Position numbers and translations under genes: made by a program. The notes beneath the pieces were generated by a model. That model ran no database searches. It saw only the letters and a list, made by a program, of their open reading frames with translations, and was not told where the DNA came from. Below, one piece after another: positions 18,647 through 20,000 of a stretch of DNA of 20,000 nt. Positions within the stretch are counted from its first letter, which is position 1; each line of letters opens with the position of its first letter. The stretch comes from Raillietiella orientalis (taxonomy: Eukaryota), in contig JAYWIR010000057.1 in assembly GCA_036172245.1 (NCBI GenBank), positions 797,681 to 817,680 on the forward strand, written 5' to 3'.

Positions 18647-20000
18647 TCGATGTCCGGCCGAACGCCTTGTGCGCTCTAGGGTGGACGTGTTTTCTCGGTG
18701 CTCCTCGTGCCAGGAAGTCTCCCCCAGTGCAAGCGTCGTGTGGTTCGGTGGTCGATCAGGCAGCGATGCCTGACGCGACCACCAGGGATGGCCAGGGGGC
18801 AGCGGAACGCCGCCCTCAGAGGCGATGGAGGTGGGGCATCCGCCCCCACAGAATCGGTCCCCGCTGCAGCGCGGGCGTCGAGCGCCGTTGTGTCAGCGCC
18901 ATCGCCTGCAGCCGCGGCGGAATTGTCGGCCTATGTAGATGAGGGGTGCAACCCCTCATTGTTCTACAAGGTAGGCAATTTATATTCTTTAGAGAGCGCG
19001 CGCGCCTTCTCGAAGGGCATGCGCGCTCTCGATGTGAAAGAGGAGGAGCTCAGTGCTATGACCATCCGCAGCGGGGGTCAGTACGTTGAGGTCATCTGCA
19101 AACATGCAGAGCTGGCCCAACGACTGCTTAAAACCACCGTTGTGATGGGGACGCGCAGGCTTCTCCCCAATACGGCGGACCGCAGCATGGTGGTCCACCT
19201 GTTAGGCGTGACCGCGCGAATGCGCAAAGAACAGGTTCGCGCCGCTTTGGACCAGTTTGGAACGGTCCACGCGCAGTGGACGAAAGTTAGTCCTTTCGAG
19301 GACTACACGGGGCTGCAACACGGCCTCACTGCTGCGCGCGTGACCGTTCGGGAGGGCTGCACTCTTCCCCACAAACTGGTGGTCAAAGGCGAAACCGTCG
19401 ACCTCTGGTATGTGGGGAAGCCGAAATACTGTGGCTTCTGCAATACGTCGGGCCACCTCAAAAAGAGGTGTCCCAATGTGCAGTGCAAAGTATGCGGCAC
19501 AATGGGCCACACGAGGGAGGTGTGCCCAAAAGCAGCAGTGCGGGTGGTTTCCAAGAGAAACCTTAAAAAACGCGCCCGGCTTCTGCAGAAAAGACTGGCG
19601 GCGAAAGCTGCCGCGAAGGCTCTGCCACCCGCGCCCAAGACCCAGGCCGCACCCGCGACCCCGGCGACCAACGCCGAAAAAGTTGAGGGAGCCGAACAGG
19701 AGACTGAGTGGCAAGTGGCAACAGCCAAAAAATCAAAGAAGGAGAGGAGGATGGAAAAGAAAATCGCCTACCAACAGAAGAAGAAAGAGCAGGGTAGCGC
19801 GATAATTAAAGAGTGCAGCGTCGTAGTCGAACGCGTTCTCCATGTTGCTGAACGCTGCCGGAAAGAACTCGCCGCTACCGACGACCTCCCCTCTGTTGAC
19901 ACAGTCAACAGCGAGGGGAGCGAGCCGGCGGCGGCGTCCGTCATCGACACCACCATCGATGACGTAGCCTTCGCGCGAGCCGCGGAGGAGCTGGCAGCCT
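18647..20000 (+). mobile_element. LINE segment U: 5' UTR and ORF1, running off the window end
   Basis: ATG at 18766, two early frameshifts, then open from about 18836 to 20000: YVDEGCNPSLFYKVG...DLWYVGKPKYCGFCNTSGHLKKRC...CKVCGTMGHTREVC, homologous to Z ORF1. Absent from the ORF track because it has no stop. Confidence 0.92.

Overview
Eukaryotic DNA, probably invertebrate (the U2 fragment has the invertebrate-type GAUCAAAGUGUAG). No host protein-coding gene is recognisable. Bases 1-4344 are a mosaic of mostly minus-strand fragments: the first 38 nt of U2 snRNA, a decayed CRESS-DNA-virus rep, a second CRESS genome piece (rep 3' end converging on a cap-like ORF, plus a perfect origin hairpin with CAGTGTTAC), scraps of LINE ORF1/RT, and a stop-interrupted ~350-codon frame resembling an RNA-virus (tentatively qinvirus-like) nucleocapsid. 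Bases 4345-20000 are a gap-free stack of eight segments of Tx1/L1-type non-LTR retrotransposons from at least three subfamilies, labelled S, T, X, Y, Z, W, V, U. All five visible 3' ends share an AATAAA-hairpin-GTGA motif with no poly(A). Two divergent copies (X, V) meet the same position of another subfamily's endonuclease region in antisense. One TSD-flanked insertion (W) creates an intact in-frame ORF1-RT fusion with no endonuclease. The region looks like a piRNA-cluster-like trap of LINE and viral fragments (inference). All family assignments come from motif recognition by eye, with no database search.
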